Source of the DNA: Eledone cirrhosa
Taxonomy: Eukaryota
Direction: 5' to 3'
Length of the DNA: 64,000 bases
Assembly: GCA_964016885.1 (NCBI GenBank)
Contig: OZ024755.1
Span: forward strand, 33,108,001 to 33,172,000
Both the position numbers and the translations under genes were made by a program. The notes under the pieces are model-generated. The model saw nothing but the letters and a program-made list of their open reading frames with translations. It had not been told where the DNA came from and did not search any database. Of the stretch, positions 36,520-49,571 are shown piece by piece (within the stretch, counting starts at the first letter, position 1; each line of letters opens with the position of its first letter).

Positions 36520-36561
36520 CTGATGCCATCTGATACATGCTGAGAAATCAAAGTATTCCGT
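36520..36561 (-). other. Candidate 42-nt micro-exon
   Basis: tttttacctttag acceptor, CAG|gtgagc donor; open as RNTLISQHVSDGI. Confidence 0.35.
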
Positions 36562-36978
36562 CTAAAGGTAAAAATGTGTACAATTCAAATTTTGCCATTA
36601 TAAATTGAAAGTGTCAAAATTGGAAAGGAAACAGGAAAACGAAAATTGAAATCTAATTGAGTTACTCTAGATATGATGTCTTTGGAGAAAAATGAGAGCT
36701 GTATCATGGCTTGCAAAGGAAACAGGCTCGAGATTGCTTAGATTGCTAAAACTTCGTTTATAATTTTGAGCCTATAGCTAAAAATCAAAGCTAAATGGGT
36801 TGTTGAATGAGCTAGAAAATGTTTTATCATCAACTAAAAATAGTTAATTTTTGTTGAAGGGCAAATAAATTTTATTTTATCTTTAAAATATATTTAACTT
36901 TTTAGATATGAAATATATACATTCTTTCTGTCTATTTTTCTTTCCTTGTTCCACTCTCACCACACATTTCTTTCAATT

Positions 36979-38040
36979 ATTTCAATGAGGAGTCTTTCAT
37001 TACAGAACTTTATTGCTCCTAATTAATAGTTGCTCAGTTTTGCCCTGAAGGTCTGATCAACAAACCTGGAGCTATTCTTTCCGACTGGAATTTTATCTTT
37101 AGCACCTACTTTTCAAGGTTGATTAAAGCACAATTTCATTAACATTTGAGAAACCAAATAAGTAATTTAGATAAAGAAACATCCAAAAAATATTATCATT
37201 GAAACCAAATAAGTAATTTAAATAAAGAAAAAACTATAAACCTGGCACCAACCTGAGAGAGAAAAATATTCTGTCTTGTTTATATTTGATGAATTGAAGA
37301 GAAAACTAATCCAGCCCTAAAGAGTGGAATTTCTTTCAAGTATTCACAACTATCTCCTGATAGATTTTTTTTAAATATTTTTATAAGTAAAATTATATTT
37401 TTGAATTGTAAATGTATAATTATGGAACAGATTAGCATGTATACTGCTCATTACATCTATCCAGGGTGTATATCATTAGCTGGGGTAGGTCAATAACTTT
37501 CAGCACTTTGTTGACTGTTCAATACTTTAAGATGTACTGCTAATTGCCAAATCATTAACAAATCATTTAACTTATATTTGTTGGTTTATTTAGCTATTAC
37601 AATTTTCACTGGTAAGTTATTTCATAAGATTCAGGCTATATATTACAAATGTACTCACACACACACATACATTCACACACACACATTCACACACACACAT
37701 TCGCACACACACATTCGCACACACACATTCGCACACACACATTCGCACACACACATTCGCACACCCATTCGCACACACACATTCACACTCACACATTCGC
37801 ACACACACATTCGCACACACACATTCACACACACACATTCGCACACACACATTCACACATTCGCACACACACATTCGCACGCACACATTCGTACACACAT
37901 TCATACACACATTCACACTCACACATTCGCACACACACATTCACACACACACATTCGCACACACACATTCACACACACACTCACACACACTCATACACAT
38001 ACATTCACACACAGACACACATTCATACACACACTCACAG

Positions 38041-38089
<49 letters not shown>

Positions 38090-39255
38090 AACATATACAT
38101 ACATATACACAAACATACATACATACACAAACACACATACATACATACACACATACATAAATACACACAGACATATACATAAATACACACACAAACATAT
38201 ACACAAACACACACGTACACACATACATACATACACACAGAAAGCTATGATTACATCATCACACACAGAGGATGTGTCATAACAGCAGTAAGATGTAACA
38301 GAAATGTCCAGTTTTATTTTCTGAGTGAATGTAAAATAAATAATTGTTTCTACTTTTGGCACAAGGCCAGCAAATTACCCCAGTGTATTACTGGTACTAT
38401 ATTTTATCAACTCCCGTAAGGATGAAAGGCAAAGTTGGGATTTGAACTCAGAAGGTAAAGGGCCGTAATTCTATGCTACAAAGCATTCTACCGATACTGC
38501 CAATACCTATTCTACCGATACTGCCAATCCCCCACTGGTAAAGGGTCGTAACTCTATGCTGCAAAGCATGGCATCTGACCTACCAATACTGTCAATCCAC
38601 TGCCATGTGAGGCAGTGGATTGACAGTATTGGTAGGTCAGATGCCATGCTTTGCAGCATAGAGTTACGACCCTTTACCGCCGTATAACGCGGGGCATTGG
38701 CAGTATCGGTAGAATGCTTTGTAGCATAGAATTACGGCCCTTTACCTTCTGAGTTCAAATCCCAACTTTGCCTTTCATCCTTACGGGAGTTGATAAAATA
38801 TAGTACCAGTAATACACTGCGGTAATTTGCTGGCCTTGTGCCAAAAGTAGAAACAATTATTTATTTTACATTCACTCAGAAAATAAAACTGGACATTTCT
38901 GTTACATCTTACTGATGTTATGACACATCCTCTGTGTGTGATGATGTAATCATAGCTTTCTGTGTGTATGTATGTATGTGTGTACATGTGTGTTTGTGTA
39001 TATGTTTGTGTGTGTATTTATGTATGCGTGTGTTTGTGTATATGTCAGTGTATTTATGTATGTGTGCGTGTGTATGTATGTATGTGTGTGTATGTATGTA
39101 TGTGTTGTGTGTGTATGTGTATTTATGTGTGTGTGTGTGTATGTATGTGTGTGTGTGTGTATGTGTGTGTGTGTGTATTTGTGTATATGTATGTATATGT
39201 TTCTGTGTGTATTTATGTATGCGTGTGTTTGTGTATATGTCTGTGTATTTATGTA

Positions 39256-39286
<31 letters not shown>

Positions 39287-40529
39287 GTGTATGTATGTGT
39301 TTGTGTGTATGTGTGTATTTATGTGTGTGTGTGTGTATGTATGTGTGTGTGTGTGTATGTGTGTGTGTGTGTGTGTTTGTGTATATGTATGTATATGTTT
39401 GTGTGTGTATTTATGTATGTGTGTGTGTAGGTGTGTCTATATGTATGTGTAAGTGTGTGTGTGTGTATGTAAGTATATCTGTGTGTGTGCGAATGTGTGT
39501 ATGAATGTGTGTCTGTGTGTGAATGTGTATGTGTGTGTGAATGTGTGTGTGTATGTGTGTGTATGTGTGTGTGCATGAGTGTGTGTGTGTATGAGTGTGT
39601 GTGTATGAGTGTGTGTGAATGTGTGTGTATGAATGTGTATGAGTGTGTGTGTGTGAATGTGTGTGCGAATGTGTGTGTGTGAATGTGTGTGTGAATGTGT
39701 GTGCGCGAATGTGTGTGTGCGAATGTGTGTGTGCGAATGTGTGTGTGCGAATGTGTGTGTGCGAATGTGTGTGTGCGAATGTGTGTGTGCGAATGTGTGT
39801 GTGTGAATGTGTGTGTGTGAATGTGTGTGTGTGTGTGTGAGTACATTTGTAATATATAGCCTGAATCTTATGAAATAACTTACCAGTGAAAATTGTAATA
39901 GCTAAATAAACCAACAAATATAAGTTAAATGATTTGTTAATGATTTGGCAATTAGCAGTACATCTTAAAATATTGAACAGTCATCAAAGTGTTGAAAGTT
40001 ATTGACCTACCCCAGCTAATGATATACACCCTGGATAGATGTAATGAGCAGTATACATGCTAATCTGTTCCATAATTATACATTTACAATTCAAAAATAT
40101 AATTTTACTTATAAAAATATTTTAAAAAAATCTATCAGGAGATAGTTGTGAATACTTGAAAGAAATTCCACTCTTTAGGGCTGGATTAGTTTTCTCTTCA
40201 ATTCATCAAATATAAACAAGACAGAATATTTTTCTCTCTCAGGTTGGTGGTGCCAGGTTTATAGTTTTTTCTTATTTTTTCTTTATTTAAATTACTTATT
40301 TGGTTTCAATGATAATATTTTTTGGATGTTTCTTTATCTAAATTACTTATTTGGTTTTTCAAATGTTAATGAAATTGTGCTTTAATCAACCTTGAAAAGT
40401 AGGTGCTAAAGATAAAATTCCAGTCGGAAAGAATAGCTCCAGGTTTGTTGATCAGACCTTCAGGACAAAACTGAGCAACTATTAATTAGGAGCAATAAAG
40501 TTCTGTAATGAAAGACTGCTCATTGAAAT
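36979..40529. repeat. 3.5-kb inverted duplication
   Basis: Arms 36979-38604 and 38611-40529, 6-nt spacer atgtga; mirrored ORFs 37578+ and 39917-. Confidence 0.95.
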
Positions 40530-42320
40530 GTGTTATAGTACAGCATTGATGTGACTATAGAGTGTTATAGTACAGTAGTGATGTGACTATAGAGTGTTAT
40601 AGTACAATAGTGATGTGACTATAGAGTGTTATAGTACAGTAGTGATGTGACTATAGAGTGTTATAGTACAGTAGTGGTGTGACTATAGAGTGTTATAGTA
40701 CAGCATTGATGTGACTATAGTGTGTTATAGTACAGTATTGATGTGACTATAGAGTGTTATAGTACAGTAGTGGTGTGACTATAGAGTGTTATAGTACAGT
40801 AGTGATGTGACTATAGAGTGTTATAGTACAGTAGTGATGTGACTATAGAGTGTTATAGTACAGTAGTGATGTGACTATAGAGTGTTATAGTACAGTAGTG
40901 ATGTGACTATAGAGTGTTATAGTACAGTAGTGATGTGACTATAGAGTGTTATAGTACAGTATTGATGTGACTATAAAGTGTTATAGTACAGCATTGATGT
41001 GACTATAGAGTGTTATAGTACAGTAGTGATGTGACTATAGAGTGTTATAGTACAGTATTGATGTGACTATAGAGTGTTATAGTACAGTAGTGGTGTGACT
41101 ATAGAGTGTTATAGTACAGTAGTGGTGTGACTATAGAGTGTTATAGTACAGTATTGATGTGACTATAGAGTGTTATAGTACAGTAGTGGTGTGACTATAG
41201 AGTGTTATAGTACAGTAGTGGTGTGACTATAGAGTGTTATAGTACAGTAGTGATGTGACTATAGAGTGTTATAGTACAGTATTGATGTGACTATAAAGTG
41301 TTATAGTACAGCATTGATGTGACTATAGTGTGTTATAGTACAGTATTGATGTGACTATAAAGTGTTATAGTACAGTAGTGATGTGACTATAGAGTGTTAT
41401 AGTACAGTATTGATGTGACTATAAAGTGTTATAGTACAGCATTGATGTGACTATAGTGTGTTATAGTACAGTATTGATGTGACTATAGAGTGTTATAGTA
41501 CAGTAGTGATATGACTATAGAGTGTTATAGTACAGTATTGATGTGACTATAGAGTGTTATAGTACAGTATTGATGTGACTATAGAGTGTTATAGTACAGT
41601 ATTGATGTGATTATAGAGTGTTATAGTACAGTATTGATGTGACTATAAAGTGTTATAGTACAGCATTGATGTGAATATAGAGTGTTATAGTACAGTATTG
41701 ATGTGACTATAAAGTGTTATAGTACAGCATTGATGTGACTATAGAGTGTTATAGTACAGTAGTGATGTGACTATAGAGTGTTATAGTACAGTATTGATGT
41801 GACTATAGAGTGTTATAGTACAGTATTGATGTGACTATAGAGTGTTATAGTACAGTATTGATGTGACTATAGAGTGTTATAGTACAGTATTGATGTGACT
41901 ATAGAGTGTTATAGTACAGTATTGATGTGACTATAGAGTGTTATAGTACAATATTGATGTGACTATAGAGTGTTATAGTACAGTAGTGATGTGACTATAG
42001 AGTGTTATAGTACAGTATTGATGTGACTATAAAGTGTTATAGTACAGTAGTGATGTGACTATAGAGTGTTATAGTACAGTAGTGATGTGACTATAGAGTG
42101 TTATAGTACAGTATTGATGTGACTATAGAGTGTTATAGTACAGTATTGATGTGACTATAGAGTGTTATAGTACAATATTGATGTGACTATAGAGTGTTAT
42201 AGTACAGTAGTGATGTGACTATAGAGTGTTATAGTACAGTAGTGATGTGACTATAGAGTGTTATAGTACAGTATTGATGTGACTATAAAGTGTTATAGTA
42301 CAGTACTGATGTGACTATAG
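40530..42320. repeat. Minisatellite A, 32-bp unit (~55 copies)
   Basis: gtgttatagtacagtaKtgatgtgactataga. Confidence 0.97.
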
Positions 42321-42339
42321 TGTTATTGTACTGTATTCA

Positions 42340-43560
42340 TATAACTATGGAAGCAGTTAATGTCATATCCATGTGACTATAGAAGCAGTTAATGTCATAT
42401 CCATGTGACTATAGAAGTAGTTAGTGCTATATTCATGTGACTATAGAAGCAATTAATGCCTTATTCATGTGACTATAGAAGTAGTTAGTGCCTTATTCAT
42501 GTGACTATAGAAGTAGTTAGTGCCTTATTCATGTGACTATAGAAGTAGTTAGTGCTTATTCATGTGACTATAGAAGTAGTTAGTGCTTATTCATGTGACT
42601 ATAGAAGTAGTTAGTGTTATATTCATGTGACTATAGAAGTAGTTAGTGCTATATTCATGTGACTATAGTAGTTAGTGCTATATTCATGTGACTATAGAAG
42701 TAGTTAGTGCCTTAGTCATGTGACTATAGAAGTAGTTAGTGCCTTATTCATGTGACTATAGAAGCAGTTAGTGCTATATTCATGTGACTATAGAAGCAGT
42801 TAGTGCCTTATTCATGTGACTATAGAAGTAGTTAGTGCCTTATTCATGTGACTATAGAAGTAGTTAGTGCTATATTCATGTGACTATAGAAGTAGTTAGT
42901 GCCTTATTCATGTGACTATAGAAGTAGTTAGTGCTATATTCATGTGACTATAGAAGTAGTTAGTGTTATATCCATGTGACTATAGAAGCAGTTAGTGCCT
43001 TATGCATGTGATTATAGAAGTAGTTAGTGCCTTATTTATGTGACTATAGAAGTAGTTAGTGCTTATTCATGTGACTATAGAAGTAGTTAGTGTTATATTC
43101 ATGTGACTATAGAAGCAGTTAGTGCCTTATTCATGTGACTATAGAAGTAGTTAGTGCCTTATTCATGTGACTATAGAAGTAGTTAGTGCTATATTCATGT
43201 GACTATAGAAGTAGTTAGTGCCTTATTCATGTGACTATAGAAGTAGTTAGTGCTATATTCATGTGACTATAGAAGTAGTTAGTGTTATATCCATGTGACT
43301 ATAGAAGCAGTTAGTGCCTTATGCATGTGATTATAGAAGTAGTTAGTGCCTTATTTATGTGACTATAGAAGTAGTTAGTGCTTATTCATGTGACTATAGA
43401 AGTAGTTAGTGTTATATTCATGTGACTATAGAAGCAGTTAGTGCCTTATTCATGTGACTATAGAAGTAGTTAGTGCCTTATTCATGTGACTATAGAAGTA
43501 GTTAGTGCTATATTCATGTGACTATAGAAGTAGTTAGTGCTATATTCACGTGACTATAGA
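42340..43560. repeat. Minisatellite B, 32-bp unit (~38 copies)
   Basis: catgtgactatagaagtagttagtgccttatt. Confidence 0.97.
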
Positions 43561-43942
43561 GATAATATGTGACCTAGTGCTGTATTCCCATGACTATAGA
43601 GGTAGATATTGAATTAGTAGAATAGTCCTGAGAGTATACAGGTACAAATGATCAAATGCCATAATTATATGATTATAAAGAAACAAAACAAATGACTGTA
43701 GAAGTAGAAAACCAACGAAATAATGGTGAAGCATAGAATTTGTCTTGAGGTATAGTAATGTTATCAGGTGAAATATGTCATATATATATCTGACTCCTTA
43801 ACAATTCACACTCAAATAACCATCAATTTACCTTTATGTTGATAATTAACTTAACATCAATTTCTTTTCTTTTATCTCTCACATTACTGGGGGGTAGGGG
43901 TGGTGGTGTTTCTTTTGATTATATTGCTGCTGGTTTAAGGGT

Positions 43943-44012
43943 GGCGTGTTGGTGTAATGGTAACACATCGGTGCGGCAAACCAAAGATGTGAGTTTGCAT
44001 CCCATGTACGTC
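43943..44012 (+). pseudogene. tRNA-like head of SINE-D
   Basis: A box TGGTGTAATGG, degenerate B box, acceptor ggcgtgt/gtacgtc; 3' half matches 5620-5668 (minus). Confidence 0.6.
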
Positions 44013-44446
44013 TGTACTCATCCGTTTTAAATTGTGAAGGCGTGTGGCTGAGTGGTTAGAGATTTGGATTTGCAATCGTGAGGTTGTCAGTTCAATTCCT
44101 GAACTGGCCGATGTGTTTTGTCCTTGAGCAAGACACTTTATTTCATGTTGTTCCTTCTACCTGGATTTGCGACCGATAGATAGTATTAGCAATTGGAAAG
44201 ACCAACGGAAACATTGTTTCCTCGGTCCAATTTGACGAAAGTTTATTGTTCCTTTTATTGTTGGTTTATTTAATCTTTGTGAAGAATCCAAATACCTTCC
44301 ATGTATGAGGAGTGAATCGAGATATCCTAAAGGAACACTGTACTATGTATATCAAGGAATACCTGTATATAAAGAACTACTGATACATTTCGTTAGTATT
44401 CCAGTCATTTCATGTTTTCTACATTATATATAAATAGTGTATTATA

Positions 44447-44841
44447 ATTTAAACCAGCCATATCTGGCCAGAATCTTTCACCTCTTTCTGTTCAAACTGG
44501 CCATAACTAACTGCTCATACTGACGTTAAGGTATTGTTCTCAAAATAAATAATATCAAAATCTCATAGATTCGAAATTATGTGAGATAATTATGTGAGAT
44601 AAAGCCTTTACCATGATAATACAATAGTATATATAGAGTAATGTAAAAGTTAAAGGGTTACACAATTAGCATTTACTTTATAAAATAACTTTTAACCCTT
44701 TAGCATTTAAACCGGTCATATCCGGCCAAATAAATAATACCAAAATCTCATAAATTCGAAATTATGTGAGATAATTATGGAAGATAAAGTCTTTACCAGG
44801 AAAATACTATAGTAAAAAGAGCAATGTAAATGCAAAATGGT
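44447..44841 (-). mobile_element. Two adjacent TTAA MITE copies (second internally deleted)
   Basis: Bodies match 59167-59386. Confidence 0.8.
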
Positions 44842-45333
44842 TAAGTAAATCTTATAATAATTCTAACATTGGAATAAATCTTTCAATTTAGATGAAGGGG
44901 AAGGTCAATTATATCAACCTCAGTACATAACTGGTACTTTATTTTACTGAATCTGGAAGGATAAAAGGTAAAGTTGACCTTGGTGGGATTTTAACACAGA
45001 ATGTAGAAAATCATAACTAAAATTAGTAGAGCATTTTGTCCACTACTCCACTGGCACTGACAACCCAGTGCTCTTAAATCTTATAATAAAGATATTCACC
45101 GACATGGTTTATATACCTACTATAACATAACATACAATGTATGTATACAGTGGTATCTAAAAGGACATTAAATTATATATATAGCGTTTTCTTAAATTAG
45201 ACATACTCTATCACATATCTGATATGTTAATCTAAGTATTATACATATTAATTATACTGTAATGTTATAGATACCTCCAACAGTACAATACTACAACACT
45301 AAAACTAAATGTAGTAACAGACTGAAGACTACA

Positions 45334-45376
<43 letters not shown>

Positions 45377-45379
45377 CAT

Positions 45380-46150
45380 GTTCATCATCATCTTCTTCAT
45401 CACCCACTTATTCCTAAGGTTGTGAGGACAGAATACTCAAACACTCCTTCCAGTGGGTCCCGTCAGAAGCAACCGTCCCCATCTGATCCAGCTGGATCCC
45501 CAAGTGAGACCAGCCAAGCTGTAACTGTCCCCAACTAAACCTGCTGGATCCCCAAGTGAGACCAGCCAAGCTGTAACTGTCCCCAACTAAACCAGCTGGA
45601 TCCCCAAGTGAGACCAGCCAAGCTGTAACTGTCCCCAACTAAACCTGCTGGATCCACAAGTGAGACCAGCCAAGCTGTAACTGTCCCCAACTAAACCTGC
45701 TGGATCCCCAAGTGAGACCAGCCAAGCTGTAACTGTCCCCAACTAAACCTGCTGGATCCCCAAGTGAGACCAGCCAAGCTGTAACTGTCCCCAAATAAAC
45801 CTGCTGGATCCCCAAGTGAGACCAGCCAAGCTGTAACTGTCCCCAACTAAACCTGCTGGATCCCCAAGTGAGATCAGCCAAGCTGTAACTGTCCCCAACT
45901 AAACCTGCTGGATCCCCAAGTGAGACCAGCCAAGCTGTAACTGTCCCCAACTAAATCTGCTGGATCCCCAAGTGAGACCAGCCAAGCTGTAACTGTCCCC
46001 AACTAAACCTGCTGGATCCCCAAGTGAGACCAGCCAAGCTGTAACTGTCCCCAACTAAACCAGCTGGATCCCCAAGCGTGACCAGCCAAGCTCATGGATG
46101 TTATCCAACCATCTTGCTCAGGGTCTACCCTTGGGTCTCTTGCTGGTTGG
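45380..46150 (-). mobile_element. RTE (Expander-like) LINE 3' end containing a minisatellite
   Basis: KRPKGRP*ARWLDNIHELGWSRLGI..VASDGTHWKECLSILSSQP*; (gat)n tail. Confidence 0.8.
45491..46092. repeat. Minisatellite, 52-bp unit (~11.5 copies)
   Basis: gctggatccccaagtgagaccagccaagctgtaactgtccccaactaaacct. Confidence 0.97.
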
Positions 46151-46447
46151 TTTTGCCCGTAAAGCTACCCAGCAATTCTTTCCTGGGGCTACAGAGTCTG
46201 GTAAGTGAAATGGAACAGTGAAATGGAACAGAGGAATGGAAGGTACTCTCTGGTCTGGCCAAACATGTGATAGCCTCTCTAGTGCAGATGCCACAATAAA
46301 ATGTACCTAGTACACCCTGTGTTAGTGTTGTGTTGGTGTTACAAAAGATACAGCCAGTACTTTGTGTAAGAAGCCGTAGAAGCCATATGGGATGTCTGGT
46401 CACAGACTGTAACCTGTCTAACCCATGCCAACATGGAAAGGGGACAT

Positions 46448-46660
46448 ATGATGATGGCGATGATGATCGCAATGATGGCGATGGCGATGATGATGATGAT
46501 GGTGATGATGGTGGCGATGCTGATGATGGGGACGATGATAATGACTATGATGATGATGATGATGATAATGATGATGGTGATGATGGAGATGATGATGATG
46601 ATGATCATGACAATGATGGTGATGATGATGAGGATTATGATGATGGTGACGGAGATGATG
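46448..46660. repeat. (GAT)n tract, expanded RTE-type tail
   Basis: Follows ctaacccatgccaacatggaaag tail motif. Confidence 0.9.
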
Positions 46661-46921
46661 AACTGTTTGGTCTGGAGGAAGTGATGGAAATGGATCTTGG
46701 GAGATAAGTTTTGGGTACACTAGATATATGGTAAAGTTGCATCCATGATTTATGCTGGGGGTTGAAGGAGGCCTTGCATCAAGGATAAGAAAAGTGACCT
46801 TTTAATGCCCTTTTGATCTAATTTAGCATTAAACATATAATTAACCCTCAGGCACATTGTAATATACATGATCCTATCCAAGTTATTAAATAGTCCATGA
46901 AATAAATATCATGACATTAAT

Positions 46922-47430
46922 AAATAATGAAATTATTGTGTACAGTGCTCAGGTGCACTACAACTCATCAAAGGTGCATGTATAGTACATAGAATAATGT
47001 ACAAATGTCAGGAAAATGAACAGTGTATGAGTCATGATATAATAATAATAATTGTTTCTACTTTTTGGCACAAGGCCAGCAATTACCCAGTGCATTACTG
47101 GTACTTTATTTTATCGACCCCGTAAGGATGAAAGGCAAAGTTAACCTCGGCGATAATAATAATGAAATATTGTGTACAGTGCCCAGGTGCACCACAACTC
47201 ATCAAAAAGTGCATGTACAGTACATAGGGCAATGCACAAACATCAGTAAAATTAACAGTGCACGAGTGATGATACACACATGTGTGCATGTGTATGGAAG
47301 GGGTACATCAGGTGTAGTTTTGGTGTATTTCGGGAAGCATGAGTGTCTTAAAGGATGCAGTGTCTCGGCAGCTAACAACTGACGCAGGCAGTTTGTTCCA
47401 TGCTTCAGCAACTCTGAGCATGAAAAAAAC
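46922..47430 (-). mobile_element. CR1-like 3' ends with interposed SINE-A fragment
   Basis: RVAEAWNKLPASVVSC peptide; tail as at 11245-11520. Confidence 0.75.
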
Positions 47431-47837
47431 ATTATACGTATCTAATGATATTCATAGCATCTTTTGCTTTTAATGAATATCCAAGCCAAAGGCTTCTTCA
47501 TATTATCTATAACCAGGTTTACAGTCATGTTCACAGCTTCGCAACCTATAATTATATGGATCTAAAAATACCTGTACTCAATGGTGAGCTGACAAAATTT
47601 TCACCCTTCATTTACAGAGCTGCTCTCATTTTAACTCTCATATGTATTAAGATATTCTGAATTTCTCCATAAAATATAAGCAACCCTTCATAAATGTAGA
47701 CAATGCTGGTTACTAGTCTACCAAATTAATTATGAAATACTTCTGTTATTAAATACTTTCATTGTATAATACAATGTCAAGAGTCAATAAACAAGATCCT
47801 AGACCTCATCAAATCTTGTTTATTTAATATTAAGTAA

Positions 47838-48025
47838 TAATTGTTTCTACTTTTGGCACAAGGCCAGCAATTACCCAACTGTATTAGTGGTACTTTATTT
47901 TATCAACCCCGTAAGGATGAAAGGCAAAGTTAACCTCGGCGGGATTTGAACTCAGAATGGCAAGGGCCGTAACTATGCGTCAAAGTATGGCATCCGACCT
48001 TCTACCGACACTGCCAACCCACCGC
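47838..48025 (-). mobile_element. SINE-A
   Basis: Head, core, tail motifs. Confidence 0.88.
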
Positions 48026-48709
48026 ATTAAGTAATAATGAAAATTATTGTGTACAATGCTCAGGTGCACTACAACTCATCAAAGGTGCATGTATAGTACA
48101 TAGAATAATGTACAAATGTCAGGAAAGTGAACAGTGTACGAGTCATGATAATTATCTCACATAATATCGAATCTATGAGATTTTGAATCTATGACTTTTT
48201 TTACTAATAGAAACTTTACATTTGGTAGCTATCTATCTTTGCCAACTTCCAGGTCACCCATCAGCCTTTGTATGTGCCCTCCAAAGCTGTCTATTCATCA
48301 TTAGCATTCTGAGCTCTCCTAAACAATCCACTTCAGTATCTTCCAGCAAGCTATCAATGGTTTCAAACGACAAATAACTCCATGAAATGACTGAACATAC
48401 GAAATAAAAATTAAATGGAAATCATGAAGTAGGTGTATTGCCATACTTCTATCTTCTCTACCATTTCCATCAATAGTTGAGCCCATGTCCTTTTTAAGCC
48501 CTCTTTCCCAAACCAGTGAGATTGATGCCATTGATGTCTTTCTTTTAATTTATTATTTACCTTACATATTAAGAATCTTAGGGAAGAGGAGACTGGATAA
48601 TTGTTGTTTTTTTTTCGTTATTGTGGAGATGCTTTTCAAGTCTTTCTGGAATGGATGTAAGGCTAAGATGGGAAATTAATGTGGTTAATGTTCAGTCTAA
48701 ATAATTTAA

Positions 48710-48930
48710 CCCTTTAGCATTTATATTACTCTATATATACTATCGTATTTTCACAGTAAACACTTTATGTCACATAATTATCTCACTTAATATCGATTCT
48801 ATGAGATTTTGATATTATTTATGTTGAGAACAATACCTTAACATCAGTATGAGTGGCCAGTTACAGCTGGTTTGAACAGAAAGAAGTGAGAGAATTCTGG
48901 CCGGTTACAGCCGGTTTAAATGCTAAAGGG
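48710..48930 (+). mobile_element. piggyBac-like TTAA MITE, complete (221 bp)
   Basis: TTAA|CCCTTTAGCATTTA..TAAATGCTAAAGGG|TTAA. Confidence 0.92.
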
Positions 48931-49229
48931 TTAAACTGGCCATATCCAGCCAGAATTCTCTCACCTCTTTCTGTTCAAACCAGCCATAACCGGCTGCTCA
49001 TACTTATGTTAAGGTATCGTTTTCAAAATAAATATATTTCCCAGCACTGAAGATGCTTCATCCTCGAGGACACACTCTAATTTTGACAACCAAGAGTTTG
49101 AAAAAAAATAAATAAACAACCTTTAGCCTCCAGGACACATGGCAGATTTTTGAGACTTATTTTAGGAAAAGAGTAGCGTCTTCGATGCCATGAAATACGA
49201 TAGTATCAAAATCTCTTAGATTCAATATT

Positions 49230-49571
49230 CATTTCATCATCATTTCATTTTACGTCCGCATTTTCCCTGCTTTCAAGGGTGGGACGGGAACTGATTCTGG
49301 CTTGATTTCTACAGCTGGATGCCCTTCCTAACACCAACCTCATTTACAGTGAGTGCTGGGTGCTTTTTTGCCGTGGCACCTCCACGACCACTTTGCAGTG
49401 GAAAGACAGGGACCCCAGTCCCTATCATCTCATTTCTACAGCTGAGTAAACTGGAGCAATGTGAAATAAAGTGTCTTGCTCAAGGAAACAACACATCACC
49501 CGGTCTGAGAATTGAACTCACAACCTTTCGATTGCAAGGTCAATGCTCTAACCACTAAGCCATGTGCTTCC
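49230..49571 (-). mobile_element. SINE-B inserted in a MITE (48935-49654)
   Basis: Full copy of 5097-5433; flanking direct repeat caatatt. Confidence 0.9.

Noticed and set aside
43943-44012. Functional tRNA gene
   Set aside because: Degenerate T loop and anticodon arm; 3' part shared with a dispersed repeat
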